A stretch of DNA of 64,000 bases from the IMG/VR virus record IMGVR_UViG_3300045988_080954; one strand, 5' to 3'. Origin of the DNA: a virus. How positions within the stretch are numbered: the stretch's first letter is position 1; every line of letters starts with the position of its first letter. Below the pieces are notes generated by a model. It worked only from the letters and a program-made list of their open reading frames with translations, did no database searches and was not told the DNA's origin. Below, in pieces: positions 35,561 through 44,617 of the stretch. The translations under genes and the position numbers were made by a program.

Positions 35561-35788
35561 ATGTTCAACCATGAAAAGTTAAGAGGAAGAATCGTTGAGA
35601 AATACGGGAGCCAGAGAACCTTCTGCGGATTCTTCGGGAAAAATGAAATCACTCTTTCTCGGAAGATTAACGGGGAGGTTGACTGGAAGCAAAGCGAAAT
35701 CATGAAGGCAATACGCCTTCTGGGACTTTCAGTAAAAGACATCCCAGAGTATTTCTTCAACGAAATAAAGAAAGGGACAGAGAAATGA
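35561..35788 (+). CDS. HTH protein paralogous to the Cro-like protein
   Basis: 75 aa. ...EKLRGRIVEKYGSQRTF... parallels ...ARLKGKIVERGNTQEAV... in the 34085 product. Confidence 0.5.
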   Translation: MFNHEKLRGRIVEKYGSQRTFCGFFGKNEITLSRKINGEVDWKQSEIMKAIRLLGLSVKDIPEYFFNEIKKGTEK

Positions 35789-35949
35789 GAAAATCGTTAA
35801 TCCTGTCAACAATCATCGGCGGCATGAGTCCATATCTCCCGTTCTGGAGATTTGACAATGCTTCTGACCCGGTGATTGTTGGACTGATAGTTGGGTTTCT
35901 TACATTTGCCGTTCTGTACCCGGATGAGGTGGTGAAAAAAGATGATTAA
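35785..35949 (+). CDS. small membrane protein
   Basis: 54 aa with an ATGA overlap, MRKSLILSTIIGGMSPYLPFWRF...VIVGLIVGFLTFAVLY. Confidence 0.4.
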   Translation: MRKSLILSTIIGGMSPYLPFWRFDNASDPVIVGLIVGFLTFAVLYPDEVVKKDD

Positions 35950-36454
35950 AACAGAATACGGTCATACAAACCTGAGAGGGAACAATGCAATGGTCATTAC
36001 AGATTTTATCTCAGCCACGGAAGCCGTTAAGGACATGTTGGTAAGGGACTGCTACATGACCGAAGCGCAGGCAAAACGGAAGATTTTAGAGTCTGTGGAT
36101 ATTGCGTTGGAAGGCTGCACCATCCTGAAAAAGGATAAGGTGGAGAAGCCAGAGACGGTAGGTATTATTGAAAAGAAAGTGGAGGAAAGAAAGATGATTA
36201 ATACAAAAGTGGGAAAAATCACACTCGAAGGCAGTAAAGCAGAATTAATATCTGACTTAGCTGTTATCGTTCGGGGAATCAAAGAAACTATTATGGAAGA
36301 CGATAAAGAAACAGAGGAATCTGTGAAACAGGATATTGACGAAGCGGTCAAAGTCGGATTGATGAACGAAGAAGAATTTAACAAAAAAATCAAGGAACCT
36401 GTAGCAACGCTTATTAAAGATTTATTCAGAGGGCTTTTCGATGAAGACAAATGA
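35942..36454 (+). CDS. acidic hypothetical protein with an internal duplication
   Basis: 170 aa with GAGGTGG upstream. Confidence 0.45.
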   Translation: MIKTEYGHTNLRGNNAMVITDFISATEAVKDMLVRDCYMTEAQAKRKILESVDIALEGCTILKKDKVEKPETVGIIEKKVEERKMINTKVGKITLEGSKAELISDLAVIVRGIKETIMEDDKETEESVKQDIDEAVKVGLMNEEEFNKKIKEPVATLIKDLFRGLFDEDK

Positions 36455-36770
36455 ATTTGATAAGACCGTAGATGAACTGTACCAGTTGTGCAGGAGAGTT
36501 CAGAAAGAAACAAATGTAAGTGTAGGCTTTGAAGTCATAAATTATGAAGACGGAAGAATTGCAAGTGTAAGAATTTATGACGGAATATTCACAGCAAAAG
36601 CAAACATGAAAATGTATTATATCTGTGAAAACGGTGATGAAGAAGAAAACATTCAGGAAACTAAGAATCACTTGAATCAGTTGCTTATAAACAAGCCGTG
36701 TCCGTATTGTGAGGAGGATTGCAATGGAGAAAGAAAACAAGATGGATTTCAGAGCAGAGACCGTAGCTGA
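36441..36770 (+). CDS. hypothetical protein
   Basis: 109 aa, overlapping its same-strand neighbours. Confidence 0.4.
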   Translation: MKTNEFDKTVDELYQLCRRVQKETNVSVGFEVINYEDGRIASVRIYDGIFTAKANMKMYYICENGDEEENIQETKNHLNQLLINKPCPYCEEDCNGERKQDGFQSRDRS

Positions 36771-36903
36771 AGAGTATGCAGAGCTGGTAGGCAGATTAAA
36801 GGCATTTGAAGCGTATCTGAACACAACCGAAGCAAATACGTATTTAAAGAAAGAAGTTTGTGCAGCTATGCTCGGACTGAATTTGGAGGACAAGGAAAAA
36901 TGA
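36724..36903 (+). CDS. hypothetical protein
   Basis: 59 aa from ATG 36724, with an ATGA overlap with the next gene. Confidence 0.35.
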   Translation: MEKENKMDFRAETVAEEYAELVGRLKAFEAYLNTTEANTYLKKEVCAAMLGLNLEDKEK

Positions 36904-37631
36904 AATGCTATAAGGGATTTGACAAAGACTTAAAATGCTGTGATTTTCAGTATGAAATCGGTAAGGAGTATGAAGAAGAAAGAGCCGAGATTTGCGATAC
37001 TGGATTTCATGCTTGTGAGAATCCGTTGGATGTATTTGGATATTATGCACCGGCTGATTCCAGATATTGTGAAGTCGAGCTGGATGCAAACGATCAGAAA
37101 TCTGACGACAGCAAGAGAGTAGGAAAGAAGATTTCTATTAAAGCAGAAATCGGAATTGCCGGAATTATTAAAGCCGGTCTGGAGTACATCAAAGATCAGG
37201 TTAACTGGGACGATGATAAAAAGTCCAACACCGGATACCGCTCAGCGGCAACCAACACCGGAAACTGTTCAGCGGCAACCAACACCGGATACCGCTCAGC
37301 GGCAACCAACACCGGATACCGGTCAGCGGCAACCAACACCGGATACCGCTCAGCGGCAACCAACACCGGATACCGGTCAGCGGCAACCAACACTGGAGAT
37401 CAGTCAGCGGCAACAGTAGAAGGAAAAGAAAGCGTCGCAATGGCCATTGGATACAATTCTAAAGCTAAAGGTTCGCTTGGATGCTTTATTGTACTGGCAG
37501 AATACAAAAATCTGGGACGTGAATACCACATCGTAGATGTGAAAAGTGCAAAAGTTGACGGTAAAAAGATTAAGCCAGATACATTCTACAAACTCATTAA
37601 CGGCGAATTTGTAGAAGCAGATAAAGAGTAA
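36900..37631 (+). CDS. nonapeptide-repeat protein (N-terminal MKCYKGF...GFHACENPLD domain, 7 x NTGYRSAAT-type repeats)
   Basis: 243 aa from ATG 36900 with GGAGGAC upstream. I recall the N-terminal domain plus S-A-A-T-N-T-G repeats as a recurrent phage protein of unknown function. Confidence 0.6.
   Translation: MKCYKGFDKDLKCCDFQYEIGKEYEEERAEICDTGFHACENPLDVFGYYAPADSRYCEVELDANDQKSDDSKRVGKKISIKAEIGIAGIIKAGLEYIKDQVNWDDDKKSNTGYRSAATNTGNCSAATNTGYRSAATNTGYRSAATNTGYRSAATNTGYRSAATNTGDQSAATVEGKESVAMAIGYNSKAKGSLGCFIVLAEYKNLGREYHIVDVKSAKVDGKKIKPDTFYKLINGEFVEADKE
37227..37415 (+). repeat. 27-bp tandem repeat, 7 copies (last one degenerate)
   Basis: Units start at 37227, 37254, 37281, 37308, 37335, 37362 and 37389. 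Units 3 and 5 are identical, as are units 4 and 6. Confidence 0.9.
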
Positions 37632-37758
37632 GAAAGCCCTGCGGGTGCGACCACACCACGCAGAGCCGTGTATCTAACTTGATTAGGAAGTTAAATACAG
37701 GTTAAGTATATCACACCTTCCTGTATTTATCAATAAATAATTTAGGAGGGCATTTTTT

Positions 37759-37953
37759 ATGTCAAACACACACACATCCAAAACACAGAAGCCTCTTGCA
37801 AGCGAGATTATTTCTGATCTGGAGACAGATATTGAGAAACTCGAAGCAAGAAACCAGAAACTTAGCAACATCATTTTGAAACAAGCAGCACTCTTTATCG
37901 AGGTGTTACTACTTTTAAACGAAGAAGGTGATTTGAAAAATGAAGATGCGTGA
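37759..37953 (+). CDS. hypothetical coiled-coil protein
   Basis: 64 aa with AGGAGG upstream. Confidence 0.4.
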   Translation: MSNTHTSKTQKPLASEIISDLETDIEKLEARNQKLSNIILKQAALFIEVLLLLNEEGDLKNEDA

Positions 37954-38548
37954 TGAGAACCAGGTACTGTTGTCCGGTGATATCCCGGCAGGGTTTGCTT
38001 TTTCTCATGAAGAATGTGGCGGCCGGAAAATGTACATCGGAGACATGATTATATTCAGAAAAGGCAACCCTATTTACGATATTCTTCCGGTGATTGTGCC
38101 GGAAGAAATGTACCGGGAAGGTACAGAACATCTTGTTTACGTAATCGGAGAAATGCGTAGCAGAAGAATTTGGGATGGGGAACGAAAAACGACATTAAAC
38201 TACATCAGAGCTATAGATATCAAATATCTGGAAAAACCAGAGGAAAACGATGCAAACGAAGTTTGCCTGATCGGAGAGAGTGCATTTGAACCGGTATCTG
38301 TAAAAGAGTGCAAAAAAAAGAAGTTTTCCAGAGTTATTCTGAATGTAAAAAGAAGCAAGAGAAGTAATGAGACAAAATTTGACAGTATTTGTTGTCAATT
38401 CTGGAATGAAAATGCAGAGCTGGCAGCAGGATTGAGACAGGGGCAGAAAGTAAAAGTATCCGGAAGATTTCAGAGCTACGAGAAAAAGGGATGCGATTTG
38501 CAGGAACAGGTATATGTATATGTGAACAGCTTGGAGGTTTTGAAGTGA
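37940..38548 (+). CDS. OB-fold single-stranded-DNA-binding-like protein
   Basis: 202 aa. NQVLLSGDI...FSHEECGGRKMY...DILPVIV resembles phage SSB-like OB proteins. It is adjacent to the recombination genes. Confidence 0.4.
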   Translation: MKMRDENQVLLSGDIPAGFAFSHEECGGRKMYIGDMIIFRKGNPIYDILPVIVPEEMYREGTEHLVYVIGEMRSRRIWDGERKTTLNYIRAIDIKYLEKPEENDANEVCLIGESAFEPVSVKECKKKKFSRVILNVKRSKRSNETKFDSICCQFWNENAELAAGLRQGQKVKVSGRFQSYEKKGCDLQEQVYVYVNSLEVLK

Positions 38549-40572
38549 CAAAAGTTGAATTGAAGGAAATGACACTGACCGATTTTAAAGGTCAGCCAGA
38601 AAAGAAAGCAACATTCGGGCACAGAACGATCGTATCCGGTCCGAACGGATGCGGAAAAACCACACTGGCAGACGCCTTTATGTGGGTATTCTGTGACAAG
38701 GACTACAGTTTAAAGAGTAACCCAGATATAAGGCCAGATGATGGCAGAGAATGCTTGCCAAGAGTTGACATTGACCTTGTGATTGACGAAAAACCAGTAA
38801 GCGTAGCGAAGTTCCAGAAACGCACAGAAAGCAAGCCAAAGGACGGAAAGCCAGGAAAGGTTGCATTGTCAAATAAATATGAAATCAACGGCGTTCCAAA
38901 AGCTGAAAGAGATTTTAAGGCTGATTTAAAAGAGAGAGGATTTGATTTTGACAATTTCCTGATGTTGTCCCACATGGAAATCTTCACAGACCTGAAAGAT
39001 GCAGATGCCAGAAAAATTCTGTTTTCCATGTCAGACGGTGCCGGGAAATCAGATTTAGAGATTACCAAGACAGTTCCAGATTGCGCCGAACTGGTACCAC
39101 TTCTGGAAAACTACAAGGCAGATGAAATTAAAGCCATGAACAGCGCAACGCTGAAAAAGGCAGAAGAACAATTAAAAGCCATTCCAAACCAGATCATCGG
39201 TATGGAACAGTCAAAGGTTGACGCTGATCTTTCCGAATTGGAATTGCAGAAGAACGCCTTGCAGGAACAGATTTCAGACCTCGAAAAGCAGATTGCACAG
39301 GCAGGGAACGAGAAAGCCGAAGAGATTAAAGCGGAACTGGCAGGGTTAAGAACCAAACTGTTAGAGATAGACTCAAAGGCTAAAGCAGACTTGTTAGAGC
39401 AGAAATCATCGGTTTGCAATAAAGTTAGCACTCTTGAATTAGACAGGAATGTCAAAACATCAGAGTTGAACAGAAAGGCTTCTGCATTGGAGTACCTGAG
39501 AGCACAGAAAAAAGATCTTCTTGAAAAATTGCAGAACGCCAGAACGCAATATCCCAAAATCAAAGATACAGAATGGGACAACACAGCTTTGGAATGCGTT
39601 AAATCTGAGACATTCAAGGACGCGGATACCATTTGCCCGACTTGCGGTCAGAATCTTCCACCTGAGCAGATTGAACAGTTAAAGAGCAGATTCGAGCAGA
39701 AGAAGCAGGAAAGAATCAATCAGCAGTTAAAAGCCAAGGAAGAATGGGAACAGGACAAGAAACGCAAACTTGATGAAATTATTCAAGTTGGTAATAAAGC
39801 GTCAGCGGATATGAAAGAAGCGCATAAGCAGGAAGAAACTCTTACATCCGAGATTTCTAAACTGACAGATGAATTAGAGCAGATCAAGACTTCTCTTGAT
39901 GCAGAAAATAAGAATCTGGAAGCTATACCGAAAGAGCCAGACTTATCAGGAAATGCCGAATATCAGCAGATTCTTGCATCAATCAAAGAGAAACAGCAGG
40001 AGCTTAATTCTCTGGACGATGGTAAAGAAGCAAAGAAACAGTTTTCGGAGAAGTTATCCGGAAAGAAACAGGAATTGGAAGTAGTCAACCAGAAAATCGG
40101 AGAAGCCAACAACAATGTCCGAATTGACGAGCAGATTGAGAAACTTCAGGAAAACCAGAAACAGTACGCACAGAATAAAGCTGACGCACAGATGATTCTG
40201 GACGAATTAAAATCACTGAGCATGGCAAAGAATACAGCCCTTGAAGATGCAGTAAATAAGTATTTTGACGGAGTTAAAGTAAAACTGTTTGATACACAGA
40301 AGAACGGCGAAGTCGTAGATGCTTGCATCTGGTACGTGCAGGACAAGGACGGCAACTGGAAGAAACTGATCGGGAACGCCAATACAGCCCTGATGATGAA
40401 AGGCAAAATTGCTATCATGGACGGCTTGCAGAAGTTTTATGGCGTGAGTTATCCGATTTTTGTTGACTGTGCGGCAGAACTGGACAACAGCAGTCTGGCA
40501 GGTATTAAGGCAGATGCGCAGTTGATATTCTTGAAAGTTGCTGAGGGGGATATGACAGTAACGGAAGTTTAA
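38545..40572 (+). CDS. SbcC/Rad50-like AAA ATPase with coiled coil and CxxC hook
   Basis: 675 aa from GTG 38545 with GGAGG upstream. It has Walker A GPNGCGKTT, a long coiled coil, a central CPTCGQ motif and C-terminal ...IFVDCAAELD. Confidence 0.7.
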   Translation: MTKVELKEMTLTDFKGQPEKKATFGHRTIVSGPNGCGKTTLADAFMWVFCDKDYSLKSNPDIRPDDGRECLPRVDIDLVIDEKPVSVAKFQKRTESKPKDGKPGKVALSNKYEINGVPKAERDFKADLKERGFDFDNFLMLSHMEIFTDLKDADARKILFSMSDGAGKSDLEITKTVPDCAELVPLLENYKADEIKAMNSATLKKAEEQLKAIPNQIIGMEQSKVDADLSELELQKNALQEQISDLEKQIAQAGNEKAEEIKAELAGLRTKLLEIDSKAKADLLEQKSSVCNKVSTLELDRNVKTSELNRKASALEYLRAQKKDLLEKLQNARTQYPKIKDTEWDNTALECVKSETFKDADTICPTCGQNLPPEQIEQLKSRFEQKKQERINQQLKAKEEWEQDKKRKLDEIIQVGNKASADMKEAHKQEETLTSEISKLTDELEQIKTSLDAENKNLEAIPKEPDLSGNAEYQQILASIKEKQQELNSLDDGKEAKKQFSEKLSGKKQELEVVNQKIGEANNNVRIDEQIEKLQENQKQYAQNKADAQMILDELKSLSMAKNTALEDAVNKYFDGVKVKLFDTQKNGEVVDACIWYVQDKDGNWKKLIGNANTALMMKGKIAIMDGLQKFYGVSYPIFVDCAAELDNSSLAGIKADAQLIFLKVAEGDMTVTEV

Positions 40573-40597
40573 TAATTATCAGAAAAGGAGAATTGTT

Positions 40598-41548
40598 ATG
40601 GCAAACAAAACACAGTTAGCAACAGCAGGAGAACAGCAGGCAGCAGTCGTAATCAATAATTCATTCATTGATGGTCTGACTAAACAGCTTGAAGAAAAAT
40701 GCAAATATGGTCTTTCTTTTCCAAAAGACTATAATCTCAGCAATGCACTTATGGGAGCATATCTGGTTTTGAAAGAAACAAAAGATAGAAACAACAAACC
40801 AGTTTTGGAATCTTGCACATCTACTAGCATCGCAAACAGTCTTATGAATATGGCAACCCTTGGCTTGTCAGTTCAGAAAAAACAGGGCTATTTTATCGCT
40901 TACGGCGGTCAATGCCAGTTCCAGAGGTCGTATTTCGGAAACATTACAATCGCCAGAAGATATGGAATGAAAGATATCCATGCTGAGATCATCTATGATG
41001 GTGACAATTTCAAATACCACATTGAAGATGGGAACAAAGTTCTTGATATTCATGAGCAGGACTTTATGAACATTGACAACGATAAAATTCTTGGGGCTTA
41101 TGCAGTTATTCAGATGGAAGATGGAACGAAGCATCTGGAAGTAATGAATATCAAGCAGATTAAGCAGGCTTGGAAGCAGGGCTACGGTTTCAAAGAAGAT
41201 GGAAATGGAACACATCAGAAATTTACTGACCAGATGGCAAAGAAAACTGTTATCAATCGTGCATTAAAGCAGATTATCAATAGCCATGGTGATGTTTTCG
41301 TTCAGGAAGTTGAGGAAGCTACAGAAGAAATCCCAAAACAGGACATCATCGAACATGAAGTTGCTTATGAAATCGAACAGAACGCCAACGCAGAAGAATT
41401 TATCCCAGACGAACCAGTAGCAATCGAAGAACAGCCTAAACAGACAACGGTCGCAGAAGTCGTAAAGACTGCCGAGAAAGAACCAGTTCCGGCAGCAGGC
41501 AAACAGGAAACAGAGATTCCAGATTTTATGAAGCCAGAAGAGATGTGA
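40598..41548 (+). CDS. recT: RecT-family single-strand annealing protein
   Basis: 316 aa. The pattern ...GLSVQKKQGYFIAYGGQCQFQRSYFG... and the acidic tail fit RecT. Confidence 0.75.
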   Translation: MANKTQLATAGEQQAAVVINNSFIDGLTKQLEEKCKYGLSFPKDYNLSNALMGAYLVLKETKDRNNKPVLESCTSTSIANSLMNMATLGLSVQKKQGYFIAYGGQCQFQRSYFGNITIARRYGMKDIHAEIIYDGDNFKYHIEDGNKVLDIHEQDFMNIDNDKILGAYAVIQMEDGTKHLEVMNIKQIKQAWKQGYGFKEDGNGTHQKFTDQMAKKTVINRALKQIINSHGDVFVQEVEEATEEIPKQDIIEHEVAYEIEQNANAEEFIPDEPVAIEEQPKQTTVAEVVKTAEKEPVPAAGKQETEIPDFMKPEEM

Positions 41549-41554
41549 TCGCAT

Positions 41555-41737
41555 ATGATGTACTTCGACTGCATCAATTTTGATCGGTGCGACTCAGGAA
41601 AGTTTGGAAAATATATGGCTTGTATCGGGCGGTGTGAAAACTGCCCGTACTATGAGTCAGTAAAAGACTATTTCGAGAAACGAGGCGAGAACTATGAGGA
41701 TTATATCGCAGAACGGAAAGATAAATATTCCGTATGA
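41555..41737 (+). CDS. small Cys-rich protein
   Basis: 60 aa containing CINFDRCDSG...CIGRCENCPYY. Confidence 0.35.
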   Translation: MMYFDCINFDRCDSGKFGKYMACIGRCENCPYYESVKDYFEKRGENYEDYIAERKDKYSV

Positions 41738-41930
41738 AATGACAGCGTTGCTTGTTTCAGACAACTACATACAGGCGGTATTTGCCGGAGGAATACAGCA
41801 GAGTCCATATGTGATGGCAATGTACTCGACACAGGATAAATTACTGAGCGCATTGGATGCGCTTGACGAAAAATTCATTGTAAGCAGAGGTAATGGGATA
41901 TTTAGATTCCCGGAGAATGATGAAGTATAA
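41694..41930 (+). CDS. hypothetical protein
   Basis: 78 aa; start uncertain. Confidence 0.3.
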   Translation: MRIISQNGKINIPYEMTALLVSDNYIQAVFAGGIQQSPYVMAMYSTQDKLLSALDALDEKFIVSRGNGIFRFPENDEV

Positions 41931-41956
41931 ATTTTTGATACAGAAAAGAGGGAATT

Positions 41957-42586
41957 ATGAGTTATAGCAGTTTAGTAGTTATCACTTCGGATTATTATGG
42001 AAAAGAAAAGGAAATTTTTAGAAATTCATGGTTATTTTCACCTATCATCTGGGATGTTTTAGCTGAGAAGTATATTCCTTATGAAGAACTTTTTAAATAC
42101 GGTTTTAAGCGAAACTTAATTCACGACCGAAAACTTTTCAAAGAGCTTAATAACATTATAAATGGCTGTCAGGACACACCAGATCGTATTTTATGGGAAC
42201 TGTCTAATCAGCAGATATTCTTCACAAAAGATAAAGATTTTATCGAAGAGTGTATTTATGCCTTTCTTAAACAGAATGAAAACTACTGCACCGATTATGA
42301 CAGTGAAAACCACATTGCAGTTCTAAAAATCAAACATATTCTGGAAAGGTTTTGCGATATTGCACATCATATCAAATCGCTTGAAGCAGAAGAAACTCCA
42401 TACTTTGTGTTCAAAAATACATCGGTTGACGATAGTGTATCTAATTGGTTCTCTTGCTTTAATGAGAATACCGGGAAATGGGAATATTCTAAGTTAAGTG
42501 AAAACAAAAAATTTTGTGCAGAATTTGTAGTGATTGAGGATAACAAAATAAAGAAATTTATCAGCAATCTGGATTACAAATATTAA
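41957..42586 (+). CDS. hypothetical protein
   Basis: 209 aa with AGAGGGA upstream. Confidence 0.45.
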   Translation: MSYSSLVVITSDYYGKEKEIFRNSWLFSPIIWDVLAEKYIPYEELFKYGFKRNLIHDRKLFKELNNIINGCQDTPDRILWELSNQQIFFTKDKDFIEECIYAFLKQNENYCTDYDSENHIAVLKIKHILERFCDIAHHIKSLEAEETPYFVFKNTSVDDSVSNWFSCFNENTGKWEYSKLSENKKFCAEFVVIEDNKIKKFISNLDYKY

Positions 42587-42620
42587 GGTAAAAACAATGT
42601 AGAAAGCGAGGTGATTCAAA

Positions 42621-43364
42621 ATGTTCATGCGAGTAATAAATACAGGAAGTCAGCCGGGAAACTGCTATGCGCTTAAATCTGAATCTGGTGAAACATTGAT
42701 TCTGGATTGTGGATGTAGATATTCAGAGATTCTAAAAGGAATTTCCTACAGGATATCAGAAATTTCGGGATGCCTGCTAACCCATGAACACGGTTAAGGA
42801 GATCACCGAAAATCGTTTAAGGAAATCCTTAATGCAGGAATCCCGATTTACACCAACGATGAGACAGAAGAACATATAAAAATCATCTCCGGAGAGCTGA
42901 TGATCGGCTTACCAGAAAAGAAACCAAAGGACATAGGTTCGTTCCGGATAACGCCGTTCTACGTCCCGCACGACAATACACCAAACTTCGCGTACCTGAT
43001 ATCTCATGAAGAATGTGGACGACTGATATATGCGACAGACTTCTCATATTTGCCGTTCACATTCAAGAACATGAGAATAAATCACTTCCTTATAGAATGC
43101 AATCATCTGGACGAATCGCCAGAACAGGATTCGTTTAAGTTTGAGCACTCCGTCCGGGGGCATAGCAGCTTATCTACTGTAAAAGAGATTATCCGAGTGA
43201 ACAAGACCGCTTCGCTCAGAACTATAACGCTATGCCACCTGTCAGAGGGATGGGGAAATCCAGAAGTGATGAAGAAGGAGATACAGGGCGTTGCCGGGGA
43301 TGATGTTCTGGTGCAGATCGCAAGACCGGGACTGGATGTTGACTTGAATTTGTGTCCGTTTTAA
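42621..43364 (+). pseudogene. MBL-fold metallo-hydrolase gene interrupted by an in-frame TAA (42795-42797) inside the HxHxDH motif
   Basis: GAGGTGA site and ATG at 42621. The translation reads ...CLLTHEHG*GDHRKS... and continues in the same frame to 43364. There is only one stop. Confidence 0.6.
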
Positions 43365-43376
43365 AAGGAGAAAAAA

Positions 43377-43640
43377 ATGGGAAATGAATGGATTCCAGTA
43401 AGCGAGAAAATGCCAGGAGAAAGAGATTCAATATTTGCTAAGTTTAAAGGGACAGACAAATGGAAAGAAGCAATGTTCGAGAAAATTTCCAAAGATGTTT
43501 TGGTTACGATTTTGTTTAAACAGAGTTTGTTTGTACAAAGTGCGCATACAGTAGATGGTCAATGGAAGAATGATTTATTGAAATTTGGTGGGAAAGTTGT
43601 GGCATGGATGCCATTCCCGGAACCATACAGGGAAAATTAA
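43377..43640 (+). CDS. DUF551-like protein
   Basis: 87 aa. The pattern MGNEWIPVSEKMP...VVAWMPFPEPY is typical of DUF551. Confidence 0.5.
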   Translation: MGNEWIPVSEKMPGERDSIFAKFKGTDKWKEAMFEKISKDVLVTILFKQSLFVQSAHTVDGQWKNDLLKFGGKVVAWMPFPEPYREN

Positions 43641-43650
43641 AAAGCACCGA

Positions 43651-43803
43651 TTATTTATCGGCACTTTTTACAAAATCTTGGAGAATGGTAATGACCAGAT
43701 TATTAAAACTTCTGTTCTCCTGCTTGGCGATCTGCTCGAGTTGTTCTTTGAGCTGTATCGGGAACGTGATATTAGTTCTGGTTTTATCAGACTTGATAGC
43801 CAT
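43651..43803 (-). CDS. ribbon-helix-helix (CopG/Arc-like) regulator
   Basis: 50 aa from ATG 43803 with GGGAGGG upstream. MAIKSDKTRTNITFPIQLKEQLEQIAKQENRSFNNLVITILQDF shows a beta-strand plus two helices pattern. Confidence 0.6.
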   Translation of the reverse strand: MAIKSDKTRTNITFPIQLKEQLEQIAKQENRSFNNLVITILQDFVKSADK

Positions 43804-43830
43804 ATGAAATCCCTCCCTTGTTTTTAGAAC

Positions 43831-43926
43831 ATTGTAGCATTTTTGCCTATCGGTGTCAATTAGATACCAAAGTGATACCATTTTTATCTTGCAATATAGG
43901 TGTTAAAGTGGTATCATGATGGTATC
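43831..43926. promoter_or_regulatory. divergent promoters with four GATACCA operator boxes
   Basis: Minus strand: TTGACA (43859-43854), 17 nt, TACAAT (43836-43831). Plus strand: TTGCAA (43889-43894), 17 nt, TATCAT (43912-43917). GATACCA lies at 43863 and 43874; TGGTATC lies at 43909 and 43920. Confidence 0.6.
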
Positions 43927-43963
43927 AAAAACACACCAAAGAATGAATCGAGGTGATAAGTTT

Positions 43964-44560
43964 TTGAATAGTAACTATAAAAATTTTGCAAAAGCTAAGG
44001 CGATTGAAGCTGAGAACCGAAAGAGATGGTTAAAAGTCGACCCGCACCTGAACGACAATCCCGGAATCTACATTTTGACAAGAATTGATGAAGACGGTTT
44101 TAAGTTTGGGTATGCAGGACAGGCAAAGAAACTAATTACCAGATTATGTCAACATAGTGCAGGGCATCAACAACACATTGATCTTAGTTTGAAAAAACAT
44201 GGATTATATTCAGAAAAAAATCCATATGGTTGGCGTGTAGTGCATACTAATTGTCCAGAATCAGAACTTGACGAAAAGGAACAGTATTATATCAGATGGC
44301 TTGCAGAGCAAGGGTATCAGCTTAGAAACAAGACTGGTGGCTCTCAGGGAACAGGTAAGAAACAGATTGATGAGTACAGACCGGCAAAAGGCTATTACGA
44401 TGGTTTAAAGCAGGGTAAGAAAGTCCTTGCCAGAGAGCTGTCGCATATCATAGATACGCACTTGCAAGTTTCGCTGAAACCAGAGAAGCAGGACAACAAA
44501 GTATCAATCCGGGCTTTTGAAAAGTTCCAGAATTTGATTGATGAGAAAACGTACGAATAA
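43964..44560 (+). CDS. GIY-YIG nuclease
   Basis: ...NPGIYILTRIDEDGFKFGYAGQAKKLITRLCQH...EKEQYYI...LRNKTGG gives the GIY, YxGQ, R, E and N signature. The start is uncertain: TTG 43964 has a GAGGTGA site, while ATG 43916 and ATG 43943 have none and 43916 lies upstream of the predicted TSS. Confidence 0.7.
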   Translation: MNSNYKNFAKAKAIEAENRKRWLKVDPHLNDNPGIYILTRIDEDGFKFGYAGQAKKLITRLCQHSAGHQQHIDLSLKKHGLYSEKNPYGWRVVHTNCPESELDEKEQYYIRWLAEQGYQLRNKTGGSQGTGKKQIDEYRPAKGYYDGLKQGKKVLARELSHIIDTHLQVSLKPEKQDNKVSIRAFEKFQNLIDEKTYE

Positions 44561-44617
44561 AAAATGAAAGGAGCTTGCCTTCATGTGACGCAAGGGTGCA
44601 CCGGGCTTCTTTGAAAT

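Noticed and set aside
37227-37415. CRISPR-like array?
   Set aside because: The repeats are directly abutting with no spacers, are in frame within a protein, and no cas genes are present.
37156-37440. Three extra ORFs (one plus, two minus) across 37156-37440
   Set aside because: They exist only because the 27-bp tandem repeat is open in all six frames. The repeat lies in frame within the 36900-37631 gene.
42795-42797. Stop-codon reassignment (TAA read as sense) to explain the in-frame stop
   Set aside because: TAA terminates many sharply delimited genes in this window (e.g. capsid 6750-6752, Mu-F-like 4592-4594). The other two broken genes are frameshifts, not stops.
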